64,000 nucleotides of DNA from an uncultured cyanobacterium (GTDB lineage: Bacteria > Cyanobacteriota > Cyanobacteriia > Cyanobacteriales > CAWCAG01): assembly GCA_963803805.1 (NCBI GenBank), contig CAWDOD010000006.1, positions 160,001 through 224,000 of the forward strand. Direction: 5' to 3'. The notes below the pieces were generated by a model that had not been told where the DNA came from, searched no databases, and was given only the letters and a program-made list of their open reading frames with translations. Made by a program: the position numbers and the translations under genes. Below, one piece after another: positions 21,553 to 31,251 of the stretch (position 1 is its first letter; each line of letters begins with the position of its first letter).

Positions 21553-22245
21553 TTGCCAGTGAACTTGTCTTTGCAAACTAACAATTCTCAATCCTTATAT
21601 CATTCCTCCAACATGGAGTTTGAGCGTGCCTTAAGACGCTTAGAACAAGAAGTCTTACGCATGGGAGCATTAGTTGAGCAATCTTTTCGCTTAAGCCACC
21701 AAGCCCTTTTTGAACGCAATCTTGAAGTGATTGAAGCAATAAACTCCCTTGATAACCAAATAGATGCTTACTATCGTCAAATTGAACGAGAATGTGCCGC
21801 TTTGATGACACTCCAATCTCCCGTTGCCCAAGATTTAAGAATATTAAGTGCTTTTATGCAATTAGTACGGGATTTAGAACGTATTGGAGATTATGCCGAA
21901 GATTTAGCAGAAATGGCCATTAAGCTCTTACCTTATTCTCCCCATGACTGCCTTTCGGAAATTGAAACTATGTCCCGCCATGCCCAAGCCATGTTAGCCG
22001 TTAGTTTAGTTGCTTTAACGGATTTAGAGCCTAATGCCGGACAAATAGTTAAAAAGCTTGATGATACTGTAGACGAAGCCTATGATAATCTTTATAACAC
22101 TTTAGCTTCGCAACGAGATATTAAAGGAGTAGTAGAACCAATTTTGATTCTTGGTTTAGTTATTCGCCATCTAGAAAGAATGGCAGATCATGCTACTAAC
22201 ATCGCTCAAAGGGTTTCTTATATTGTTACAGGACATCGATCTTAG
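21553..22245 (+). CDS. phoU: Phosphate signalling protein PhoU (SphU)
   Basis: Two PhoU repeats (DLERIGDYA, HLERMADHATNIA); exact start uncertain. Confidence 0.93.
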   Translation: MPVNLSLQTNNSQSLYHSSNMEFERALRRLEQEVLRMGALVEQSFRLSHQALFERNLEVIEAINSLDNQIDAYYRQIERECAALMTLQSPVAQDLRILSAFMQLVRDLERIGDYAEDLAEMAIKLLPYSPHDCLSEIETMSRHAQAMLAVSLVALTDLEPNAGQIVKKLDDTVDEAYDNLYNTLASQRDIKGVVEPILILGLVIRHLERMADHATNIAQRVSYIVTGHRS

Positions 22246-22319
22246 GTAATGGCTAATAGCTAGTGGCTAGTGGCTAGTTGCTAATAGTTTTCACTCACTC
22301 ACCCCATCTCCCTAGCTCC

Positions 22320-23741
22320 CTAAAAAGAGCGCAGGAAGTTAAACAGCTTCGGCAAAATTCTTTGCAGCCTTTCGTTTTTGGCATATTTGTATTTAGTTAA
22401 CTTTAATGCTGCTTTAGCATTTACTTCTGTTAAAGTTGGGTAAATGTGAATGCCTTTTAATGCCGAAACTTTTAACTTATTAGCCATTGCTAAAACAACT
22501 TCATGGATTAATTCTCCTGCGGAAGCACCAACAATATGTGCGCCGAGAATTTCTCCGTTACCTTTAGTAATAATCTTACAAAACCCTGCTGTAGCTCCTT
22601 CTGCTTGGGCGCGATCTACATCAGCAAACTCTTGTTTGTTAATATAAATATCATCTCCGTAACGCTTCCTAGCTTGTTCTTCGCTTAAACCCACGCGGGC
22701 AAGTTCAGGATCTGTGAAAGTTGCCCAAGGAATAACTTGGTAGTTAGCTTTGCTGAAAGGAAAAAACAGGGCATTGGTAGCAGCAACCCCCCCTTCATAA
22801 CCTGCTACATGGGTAAACTGATAACCACCAATAACATCCCCACAGCCATAGATACGGCTGTTGGATGTTTGGAGTTTCTCATTGACTTTAATACCTTTTT
22901 GGTCATACTTAACCCCTGCTGCTTCTAGGTTAAGGGTTTCAACATTGGGGGCGCGTCCTGCGGCTACTAAAATTTCTTCAACCAAGATTTTCTCATCTCC
23001 AGCAATAATACACTTTTTCCCGTCAACAACTGCAACTTTTTGCGCCCGACTTGCTTTGAGGATGCGAATACCTTCTGATTCAAATTGTTTTTCTACTACT
23101 TGTGCCGCTTCTGGATCTTCTTTATGTAAAATATGTTCTCGGCTAGCGATAATGGTAACTTCTGAACCCAAGCGATGGAAAGATTGTCCCAATTCACAAC
23201 CGATTGGCCCCGCACCAATAATAGCTAAGGATTTAGGACATTCTTTGAGGGAAAAAACCTGTTCATTAGTTAAGTAACCAGCCTCTTCTAAACCTGGTAT
23301 GGGAGGAGCAGAGGGGCGAGAACCTGTGGCAATAACGAAGGCGCGGGCTTTGAGCTGGCAATCCCCCACAACGAAGGTTTTATGATCTGTGAATTGACCA
23401 GAACCAAAAATCACTTCTACTCCCAAACTGCGAAATCTTTCTGGGGAATCATTAGGTTCAATAGCTGCAATTACCTTTTGTACATGGCTATTGGCTTGGG
23501 CAAAGTCAATTTTCACAGACTCAGTATGAATACCAAAACGGGAGGCGTGTTTAGCTTCGTAGGCGCTACGGGCAGCATGAATTAAAGATTTGCTAGGAAC
23601 ACAACCATACCAGAGACAATCCCCTCCTAAACGGTCTTTTTCTACTAAGGCAACCTTTGCTTTTAGTTGCGCCGCAACACTCGCTACAACTAACCCTCCG
23701 GAACCTCCACCAATGACAACAACATCATATTCAACTGCCAC
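22320..23741 (-). CDS. Pyridine nucleotide-disulfide oxidoreductase (MerA/LpdA-like family)
   Basis: GGGSGG FAD site, GGDCLWYGCVPSK redox pair, GAGPIG, HIYPT; no C-terminal Cys-Cys. Confidence 0.85.
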   Translation of the reverse strand: MAVEYDVVVIGGGSGGLVVASVAAQLKAKVALVEKDRLGGDCLWYGCVPSKSLIHAARSAYEAKHASRFGIHTESVKIDFAQANSHVQKVIAAIEPNDSPERFRSLGVEVIFGSGQFTDHKTFVVGDCQLKARAFVIATGSRPSAPPIPGLEEAGYLTNEQVFSLKECPKSLAIIGAGPIGCELGQSFHRLGSEVTIIASREHILHKEDPEAAQVVEKQFESEGIRILKASRAQKVAVVDGKKCIIAGDEKILVEEILVAAGRAPNVETLNLEAAGVKYDQKGIKVNEKLQTSNSRIYGCGDVIGGYQFTHVAGYEGGVAATNALFFPFSKANYQVIPWATFTDPELARVGLSEEQARKRYGDDIYINKQEFADVDRAQAEGATAGFCKIITKGNGEILGAHIVGASAGELIHEVVLAMANKLKVSALKGIHIYPTLTEVNAKAALKLTKYKYAKNERLQRILPKLFNFLRSF

Positions 23742-24096
23742 ACTTACACCTTCTCTTGCTTCAATAGAACTGGATTAGTAAATTTATTTTTCCCTTTCTT
23801 ATGGTTAGTTTACTGCCAAGGAGTTTTGAGGGGATTAGTTTAAACTGAGAGTTAAATAATTTTTCCCTTGCAAATAGTCAGATTTAGTGACTACTCCAGA
23901 AGTTAGAAAAGCATTTCTTATTTCTATTTCTTTATGGGTAAGCTAAATAATTTGCAAGTCTTACTTGGGAACCAAGCTTTACTAGCTTAATTTAACTTAG
24001 TATGAAAAGGAAGTTTAAGTATGACAATAAATATATTTACGCAGGTACAAAGCTTAAATATTTGTTGTTTACTCTATGAGAGGAGCTATTAAGTCA

Positions 24097-24792
24097 GTGT
24101 TTTTTCACAAAAAAGAATTAATTAACAAAGCAATAAATGTTAAAGAAGCAGATCCACGTTTTGCTCAGCTTCTATTAGAACAATTTGGTGGTGCAACCGG
24201 GGAACTTTCTGCCGCTTTACAATATTGGGTACAGTCTTTTCATGTTGAAGATGCTGGCATCAAAGATATGTTACAAGACATTGCTGTAGAAGAGTTTAGT
24301 CACTTAGAAATGATTGGCAAACTAATTGAAATTCATACAAAAAATGTTGACCAAACAGATGCTTATAAAAGTACTTTATTTGCTGTACGTGGTCAAGGGC
24401 CTCATTTCTTAGATTCTCAAGGTAGCGCTTGGACAGCTACTTATCTCAACGAAGGTGGTGATGTGGTTAGGGATTTACGGGCAAATGTTGCGGCTGAAGC
24501 TGGGGCGCGACAAACCTATGAATCTTTAATTAAATTAGCACCAGATGAAGGAACAAAAGATGCCTTAGTGCATTTATTAACTCGTGAAATTTCTCATACT
24601 AAAATGTTTATGGAAGCATTAAATTCTCTTGGGAAATTGACCGATCCTTTCTTTGGTAATGTTCAGCCTGATGAAACAGTTGATCTTTATTACAACTTAT
24701 CTACTAATGGTGATGGTAAAGATGAACGTGGTCCTTGGAATTCTGATAAAAATTTCAAGTATGTAGCTGATCCTATGAAAGAAAAGTCCTAA
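24097..24792 (+). CDS. Manganese catalase (KatB-like)
   Basis: EQFGGATGELSAALQY, EEFSHLE and REISH ligands; GTG at 24097 (MFFHKKE) follows AGGAG. Confidence 0.9.
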   Translation: MFFHKKELINKAINVKEADPRFAQLLLEQFGGATGELSAALQYWVQSFHVEDAGIKDMLQDIAVEEFSHLEMIGKLIEIHTKNVDQTDAYKSTLFAVRGQGPHFLDSQGSAWTATYLNEGGDVVRDLRANVAAEAGARQTYESLIKLAPDEGTKDALVHLLTREISHTKMFMEALNSLGKLTDPFFGNVQPDETVDLYYNLSTNGDGKDERGPWNSDKNFKYVADPMKEKS

Positions 24793-24817
24793 AATATTTA
24801 GCTGATAAATCTTAACT

Positions 24818-24845
24818 AAAGGCGGGTTTTAGACCCGCTTTTTTT
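24818..24845 (+). terminator. Rho-independent terminator
   Basis: AAAGGCGGGT-TTTAG-ACCCGCTTTTTTT after the catalase stop. Confidence 0.8.
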
Positions 24846-24995
24846 AATTAAAAATTAAAGGAATAAGCTAAGACGCATTCAAACTAGGATTTCTAAGATT
24901 AATTAAATAACCGCCAACTTTTTTACAAGAGTGACTATTGACTATTGGCTATTTTCTCCCCTCACAAACGAATTTAAAAGCATAACAGCTTGTTA

Positions 24996-25178
24996 TTAGT
25001 TTGCTTTCTCTTTGGCAGCACAGGGGTTCTCCTTACCAGAACAAGGATTAGCCTTTTCTGTGGTTGCGTCTTCACTGCTATTTTTGGTTTTTGCCCCACA
25101 GGGATTAGCACAAGCAGTTACCATACCAACGCTTAAAATAGAAGCAGCGGCAAGGGTTGCAAAATACTTTATTTTCAT
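24996..25178 (-). CDS. Small putative lipoprotein with three NPC motifs
   Basis: Signal peptide with lipobox-like VTAC; ANPCG, ANPCS, ENPCA. Confidence 0.75.
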   Translation of the reverse strand: MKIKYFATLAAASILSVGMVTACANPCGAKTKNSSEDATTEKANPCSGKENPCAAKEKAN

Positions 25179-25232
25179 AACAATTTTTCTCTTCAGACCT
25201 GTTACAATTTGTCTTTAATTAAAGCTGCCAAG

Positions 25233-25272
25233 CTGAATTTTCCCTGAGAACTAACTGGGGAAGTGCTGAGAA
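25233..25272. promoter_or_regulatory. Four 11-bp-phased CTG(A/G) direct repeats, candidate OmpR-family binding site
   Basis: CTGAATT (25233), CTGAGAA (25244), CTGGGGA (25255), CTGAGAA (25266), upstream of the NPC lipopeptide. Confidence 0.5.
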
Positions 25273-25610
25273 TTACTAAAGATTTTTTTTGAACAATCAT
25301 TACAAAAATATTAATTATTTTCTCAGCTAAAATTTAGAAAGTAATTAGCTAAAAATAATCTTTTTTTTCTATTTTTCGTTAAATTAAAAAGAATTATAGT
25401 CATTTTTGTAGAAGTCATGTGTCGTTAAGAACTTTTTTTGCTAATTGCTAATTGCTAATTGTTAGGCAGCTATAGTCATGATTTATTACATTAGTGCTTA
25501 AGCTGATGTGCATTTAAACTGTGTATGACTCAACTAGGAAATAAGCCCTAAAACTCTCCCCCCATCTCCCTATCCCCCTATCTCCCCATCAAACCTAATA
25601 AGTAAATTAA

Positions 25611-26276
25611 ATGACTGACAGCTTAAGCTATATTGCTGATTTTAACCATAAATGGAAAATGAATAACAACCATCAAAGTTGGCTGGTAAACAATGAAGGA
25701 AATCACTTAACTTATGGAACTCTGGGGGTTAATCAAGAAACAAATAAACCCTACCGTCTTTATCGCTTTTTAACAGATTTGGAAAATATTATTGCAGAAA
25801 TTCCAGAAGATAGTCAAAGACTAAAAGCAATTACACCTTTAGTTCGCCGCTTACTAAGTACTTCTTATTGGTTACAAGGGGAATATTTAGAACCCGATCC
25901 AGAGCAAGGTTGGTCTGTATTAATGCTTTATGATGAACCTAATTTTCCCTTGACAATTCAAACAGTAGTTTGGTTGCCAGGCAAAGTTTCTCCTATTCAT
26001 AATCATGGCACTTGGGGGTTAGTAGCTTTGATTAATGGTAAGGAAAAAAATACTTTTTGGCGGCGCGATAGGAAAGCCGAGTTTCCTGATAAATTGTCTC
26101 AAGTTGGAGAGCAAGTTTTAGAACCGGGCGATATTATTAGTTTTTTACCAGGGGCAATTCATAGTGTAGAAGCTTTAGGGGAAGAGCCGACAGTTACTTT
26201 CAATATCTATGGCGAAACAGATTATGAAAATCGCTTTGAATTTGATATGAAAACCAATTTAGCAACTAAGTTTTAA
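25611..26276 (+). CDS. Cupin / cysteine-dioxygenase-like protein
   Basis: SPIHNHGTWG...IHSVE three-His cupin motif. Confidence 0.8.
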   Translation: MTDSLSYIADFNHKWKMNNNHQSWLVNNEGNHLTYGTLGVNQETNKPYRLYRFLTDLENIIAEIPEDSQRLKAITPLVRRLLSTSYWLQGEYLEPDPEQGWSVLMLYDEPNFPLTIQTVVWLPGKVSPIHNHGTWGLVALINGKEKNTFWRRDRKAEFPDKLSQVGEQVLEPGDIISFLPGAIHSVEALGEEPTVTFNIYGETDYENRFEFDMKTNLATKF

Positions 26277-26298
26277 TTAGCAGCAACTAAGCAATAAA

Positions 26299-27732
26299 AT
26301 GACATTTTTTAGCGCTCTGCGCTCAATTATAAATCAAGTTAAATATCAAGTTGATCCTCATTCTTTGAGATTACGTTTAACAGTAGGAATTGCTGCTTTT
26401 TCTTCTCTGGGCATAGGAGGAATTGCTCTGTGGACTAGCTGGAAAATGCAAGATATTTTAATTACTACCCATAAGAAAAATTTAATTTATATTGCTGAAC
26501 GCTTTCCAGAAGATGTTGAAGCTTATAGCGAAATGTTTACGATGGAAACTGCTGTGGGGAAAGCTATTAAGAATATTGGTAGCCAAAGTGTATTAATTTG
26601 GGTTGAACGGGATGGTAAAATTATTGCTAGGTCAGAGGCTCTCCAAACAGCTACTAAAAAAGATGCTTTAGTAAAAAGATCGCCAATTGCTGCTATTCCT
26701 AAAATTTATGAAGTTCAAGGAAGTTATTGGGTAATTTGTAGTACTCCTTTGCAAGTTGAAAATGCTACAGTAGGAGAATTTTATCTAGCCCAAGATATTA
26801 CTAAAGACCAAATTATGTTTTGGCATATGATTTCTAATTTGTGTCTTGCTAGTTTCCTGGCCCTTTGTATTATCACCTTAGCAATGGCCTTTTATATTCA
26901 GCGCTCCCTTCAACCCTTAAAAAGAATGAGTCAGTTAACAGAAACAGTTTCTGCTGACCATTTAGGAGAAGTACAATTACATCTAGAAAATGCTCCTAGT
27001 GAAGTTAGGGAATTAGCTCAAACTTTTGAACAAATGTTAGTGAGGCTTGATCGAGCTTGGGAGCAACAAAGACAATTTGTCAGCAACGTCTCCCATGAAT
27101 TGCGTACCCCTTTAACCATCGTTTCTGGCTATTTACAAAGTACTTTACGTCGCGGAGATAATCTTAGGGAGCCTCAAAGAGAAGCTTTAGAAATCGCTTC
27201 TTCTGAAGCAAATCGCACCATCCAACTTTTGCAAGATTTATTGGATTTAGCTAGGGCTGATAGTGGTTATTTATCTTTTCATTTACAACCGTTGATACTA
27301 AATAATTTAGTAGCAGAAATCGTCGGCATGGCAAAACAATATAGCAATCGAGAAATTGAGATTAAGTCTCTCAGTAAAAATATTGAAGTAAAAGCAGACC
27401 GAGATCGGCTCAAACAAGTACTACTTAACCTTATTGATAATGCTGTTAAGTACTCCGATGACTGCCAACCTGTAACAGTAGTATTAGAACAACTTCAAGA
27501 ACAAGCTACTATCCAGATTTGCGATCATGGCCCAGGTATATCTCTACAGCATCAAGTCCGTATTTTTGAGCGATTTTACCGTATTGATGAAGCTCGTGGT
27601 CGCTCTACTGGGGGTACAGGTTTAGGTCTATCCATCGTTAAAACTTTAGTTGAGGGGATGGGAGGTTTTGTTTCTGTGCGCTCAAATCCTGGGCAAGGAA
27701 GCACCTTTACAGTAACTTTACTTTTAGTTTGA
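26299..27732 (+). CDS. HAMP-domain sensor histidine kinase
   Basis: Two TM helices, HAMP, SHELRTPLT, NAVKYS, GGTGLGL. Confidence 0.9.
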   Translation: MTFFSALRSIINQVKYQVDPHSLRLRLTVGIAAFSSLGIGGIALWTSWKMQDILITTHKKNLIYIAERFPEDVEAYSEMFTMETAVGKAIKNIGSQSVLIWVERDGKIIARSEALQTATKKDALVKRSPIAAIPKIYEVQGSYWVICSTPLQVENATVGEFYLAQDITKDQIMFWHMISNLCLASFLALCIITLAMAFYIQRSLQPLKRMSQLTETVSADHLGEVQLHLENAPSEVRELAQTFEQMLVRLDRAWEQQRQFVSNVSHELRTPLTIVSGYLQSTLRRGDNLREPQREALEIASSEANRTIQLLQDLLDLARADSGYLSFHLQPLILNNLVAEIVGMAKQYSNREIEIKSLSKNIEVKADRDRLKQVLLNLIDNAVKYSDDCQPVTVVLEQLQEQATIQICDHGPGISLQHQVRIFERFYRIDEARGRSTGGTGLGLSIVKTLVEGMGGFVSVRSNPGQGSTFTVTLLLV

Positions 27733-28150
27733 TTCTCTGATTTGCTTCTAAAGTTATTATTGAATACATAAGTATATTTAGCGATAGTCTAATATAAATT
27801 AAATTAAACTGATTATCGAGTTTTCATAGCCAGAATTGGTTTATTGGAAACAGTTTCAAGGTTTAATACTTGATTTTTGTCTTCCTAATTCTGGGAGATT
27901 ATGTCGTTAAACTTACATTTATTCATAAAATAAAGGTACACATACCGATAGTAATGTTATGGTGTATTTTGTATTCACTTAGTTCATACTAAAATCTAGT
28001 TTAGTTACAAAAAAATAAAATTAGGGAGGGTCTAGCTTTTCTTTAATTTGCCCAGGGTGTAGAGAATCGAGTTTTAGGTAGCCTTCAAACTATTTGATAA
28101 TTGGCTAATTAATAAATTTTTGAGTTTTGAACTCTACAGCTTTGAGGTTT

Positions 28151-30224
28151 ATGTTAATGAGTTTTATCTTAAACCAACTCTTAAGCGACCTGCAAAATTG
28201 ACTACGCTACGGTGAGAAAAAATTTAACAATTAAAGAAACTTCACCTCAAGCTCAACGTTTTGCTGATAATGGTACTCAAATTAAGCCAGGAGAGAATTT
28301 ATCTTTAGCTATTCCTGAACTATTTGGTTTAGAAGGAATATTTGAAGATATTTTACTAGGTAAACGTGACTGTTTCGAGTTAAAGAGTATTGCTCGGCAT
28401 CAAGATACTGCTCCCAGTTTATATTTTGATTTATCTATAGTAACAGGAGTTGAAGACTGGGATTCAGAGCAGCAAATCCTCATTTTTTTTGTGGAGACTA
28501 CAGAAAAGATTGCTATGCAACAAGCTTTGTTACAAAGAACTAATGAAGCTTACTTACTTTTAAGTCAATTAACTTCAGCTAAGGATTATATTGATAAAGT
28601 AGTTGATCATATTGCAGATTCTCTATTAATTACAGATTCTCAAGGATATATAAAAAAAATTAATCGAGCGGCTCAAATCATGTTTGGCTACAGCCAAGAA
28701 GAATTGCAAGAAAAACATCTTACTTATCTTTTTAAAGCCCAGACTATAGAAGAACAAATTAAACAAGGCACAGTAACAGAACAAACATTTCTAGAGGCTA
28801 GTTGTCGAAATAAGCAAGGTAAAAATTTTAATATAGCTTTTTCTTGCGCTTCTTTTCTAAGCGAAACAGAAGAAGAAGCCTTTGTCTATATCGGACGAGA
28901 TATTACTGCTAACAAAAATAGAGAAAAGGCGATTTATCAACTTAACACAGAACTATCTCAAGAAGTTGAAACTAACACAGCAAAAATGCGAAAAGCCATG
29001 ACCAAATTAGAAATTGAAGTAGCTGAACGCCAGCGTACAGAAGCTCGTCTAAGTAGTTTGCTTAACTCTCTTCAAGATGTAGTTTGGTCTATGTCTGCTC
29101 CTGATTTCCAGCTTCTTTATCTTAACCCTGCTGCGAAGAAACTTTATGGTTATTCGGTGGAGAACTTTTACTGTAATCCTCAGTTATGGTTAGATGTAAT
29201 TCATCCTGAAGATTGCCAGAAATTAACTGATTTTTTCCCAACTATTTTGTCCCAAGGTGATGGAGAAATAGAGTATCGTATTGTACATTCCACAGGAAAA
29301 GTTTGTTGGCTTCGTAATCGAGGTTGGTTAATTGTTGATAAGTTAAATCAGGGAATGCGTATTGATGGAATTATCACCAATATAACTGAGCGTAAACATT
29401 CAGATGCTTTAAATAGAGCTAAGTTAGTTCAAAGTGAAAAAATGTCTAGCTTAGGGATGATGGTAGCGGGATTCGCTCACGAAATTAATAATCCTTTAAG
29501 TTTCGTTTATAGTAATCTTGATTATGTTAAAAGCTATACGAAAGACCTTTTAGAATTAATTGAAACTTATCAACAATTAAACCCACAAAAAAACACGATT
29601 ATTACTCAAAAAGAAGCTGAACTAGAGTTTGATTTTATCAAAGAAGATTTACCAAAAATTTTCCAATCTATGGACTCAGGGGCTAGCCGTATTCGCAATT
29701 TAGTATTAAACCTACGGAACTTTTCCCGCTTAGGTGAATCAGCAATGAAGCCTGTAGATATTCATGAAGGTATTGATAGTACTTTGACCTTATTACAACC
29801 ACACTTAAGGGCTAAAGGAAGTCGTCCCTCAATTGAAATCATTAAAAATTATAGTGATTTACCCCATATTCTTTGCTATCCTAGCAACCTTAATCAAGTA
29901 TTTATTAACATTATCACTAATGCTATTGAAGCCTTTGAATTAGTTAAGTTAGAAAACTTTAATCCTAAAATCAAGATTTCTACTAACTTTAGTCAATCTC
30001 ACTCTGTTTGCATTAAAATTGCTGATAATGGCCCTGGGATGACCAAAGAGGTTTTAGAAAAAATATTTGATCCTTTCTTTACTACCAAACCAATAGGCTC
30101 TGGCACAGGGCTAGGTTTATTAATTAGCTACTCAATTATTGTAGAATCCCATAAAGGTTGTATTTACTGTAATTCGGCTCCTGGAGAAGGTTCAGAATTT
30201 GTAATTAAATTACCTTTAAAATAA
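28151..30224 (+). CDS. PAS-PAS histidine kinase; N-terminus appears split by a +1 frameshift at about 28194-28197
   Basis: Main ORF 28212..30224 has PAS domains, AHEINNPL and GTGLGL. ATG 28151/28157 with GAGG SD joins it if one A of CAAAATT is removed. Confidence 0.8.
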
Positions 30225-30275
30225 ATTATTGGAGGGATTATCAATGGTATAACTTCTGTCAAAGTTAAAAGCAAG

Positions 30276-30959
30276 ATGAAAATACTTTTAGTTGATGATG
30301 AAGCGGAATTAACTAAACCATTAACCCAGGTACTGTCCCAAGAAGGTTATAAAATAGATGTAGCTGATAACGGTGAGGTGGGAATTGGTTTAGCTCAAGT
30401 AAATGATTATGATCTACTCATCTTAGACTGGATGTTACCCCAATATTCTGGATTAGAAGTTTGTCAAAAACTACGCTCTCAAGGAAACACTACACCTGTT
30501 CTTTTTCTCACAGCCAAAGATACTATAGATGATCGGGTAATAGGTTTGGATGCTGGAGCTGATGATTACTTAGTTAAACCTTTTGAACTACGAGAACTAT
30601 TAGCTAGAGTTCGGGCATTGCTGAGACGTTCTCCTGGCTTAGATTCCTCTTCAACAATGCCCCGTCTCCAAGTCGCTGATTTAGAATTAGAACGAGAGAA
30701 TCAATTAGCTTATCGACAAGGAAGGGTGATCGAACTTTCAGAAAAAGAAGTTAAGTTACTTGAATATTTTATGGCTCATCCTGGGCAGTTGCTGACTCAT
30801 AAACATATTTACCATTACCTTTGGTCAAAACAAGAACAACCGAGCAGTAATGTTCTCGCAGCCTTGGTACGTCTTTTGCGCCGTAAAGTCGAAGCCAAAG
30901 GAGAAAAACCTTTAATTCATACTGTATATGGCAAAGGCTATCGTTTTGGAGATAGTTAA
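30276..30959 (+). CDS. OmpR-family response regulator (RppA-like)
   Basis: REC (DDE, DWMLP, KPF) plus winged helix ending TVYGKGYRF. Confidence 0.9.
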   Translation: MKILLVDDEAELTKPLTQVLSQEGYKIDVADNGEVGIGLAQVNDYDLLILDWMLPQYSGLEVCQKLRSQGNTTPVLFLTAKDTIDDRVIGLDAGADDYLVKPFELRELLARVRALLRRSPGLDSSSTMPRLQVADLELERENQLAYRQGRVIELSEKEVKLLEYFMAHPGQLLTHKHIYHYLWSKQEQPSSNVLAALVRLLRRKVEAKGEKPLIHTVYGKGYRFGDS

Positions 30960-30962
30960 TCT

Positions 30963-31076
30963 CTAGTTGCGAACTTTGTGATCCTTATTAAGTTTAGATT
31001 GTTTGTCACTGAACAAAGTTTCCAGGGTTACAGCAAAGTAAGTTACATAACCCATCAAAAATAAAAGTCCTAGCAT
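30963..31076 (-). CDS. Putative 37-aa small membrane protein, absent from the ORF track
   Basis: MLGLLFLMGYVTYFAVTLETLFSDKQSKLNKDHKVRN*; GGAGG SD 8 nt before the ATG; fits without overlap. Confidence 0.5.
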   Translation of the reverse strand: MLGLLFLMGYVTYFAVTLETLFSDKQSKLNKDHKVRN

Positions 31077-31251
31077 AAGTCTTACCTCCGCTTTTGATTT
31101 CTAGTTTCATTTGTGGATACACCCGAATAGTTTTCTTTTCCGGATATTTTTCTTAGCAAAGGTGCTATTGATTTAATTTGCATCCAAATCCTATCTTAAG
31201 GCCCTAATGAAGATTTTGGTTTTTATAACCAGGAAATTAAATGATTTTTCC

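Noticed and set aside
22247-22290. Heptamer repeats (GCTAGTG/GCTAATG; similar near 9651, 25440, 39457, 42984)
   Set aside because: Ordinary cyanobacterial STRR-type short repeats; no sign of a distinct system.
22320-23741. Mercuric reductase merA
   Set aside because: Lacks the C-terminal Cys-Cys pair and NmerA domain, and no mer genes are nearby.
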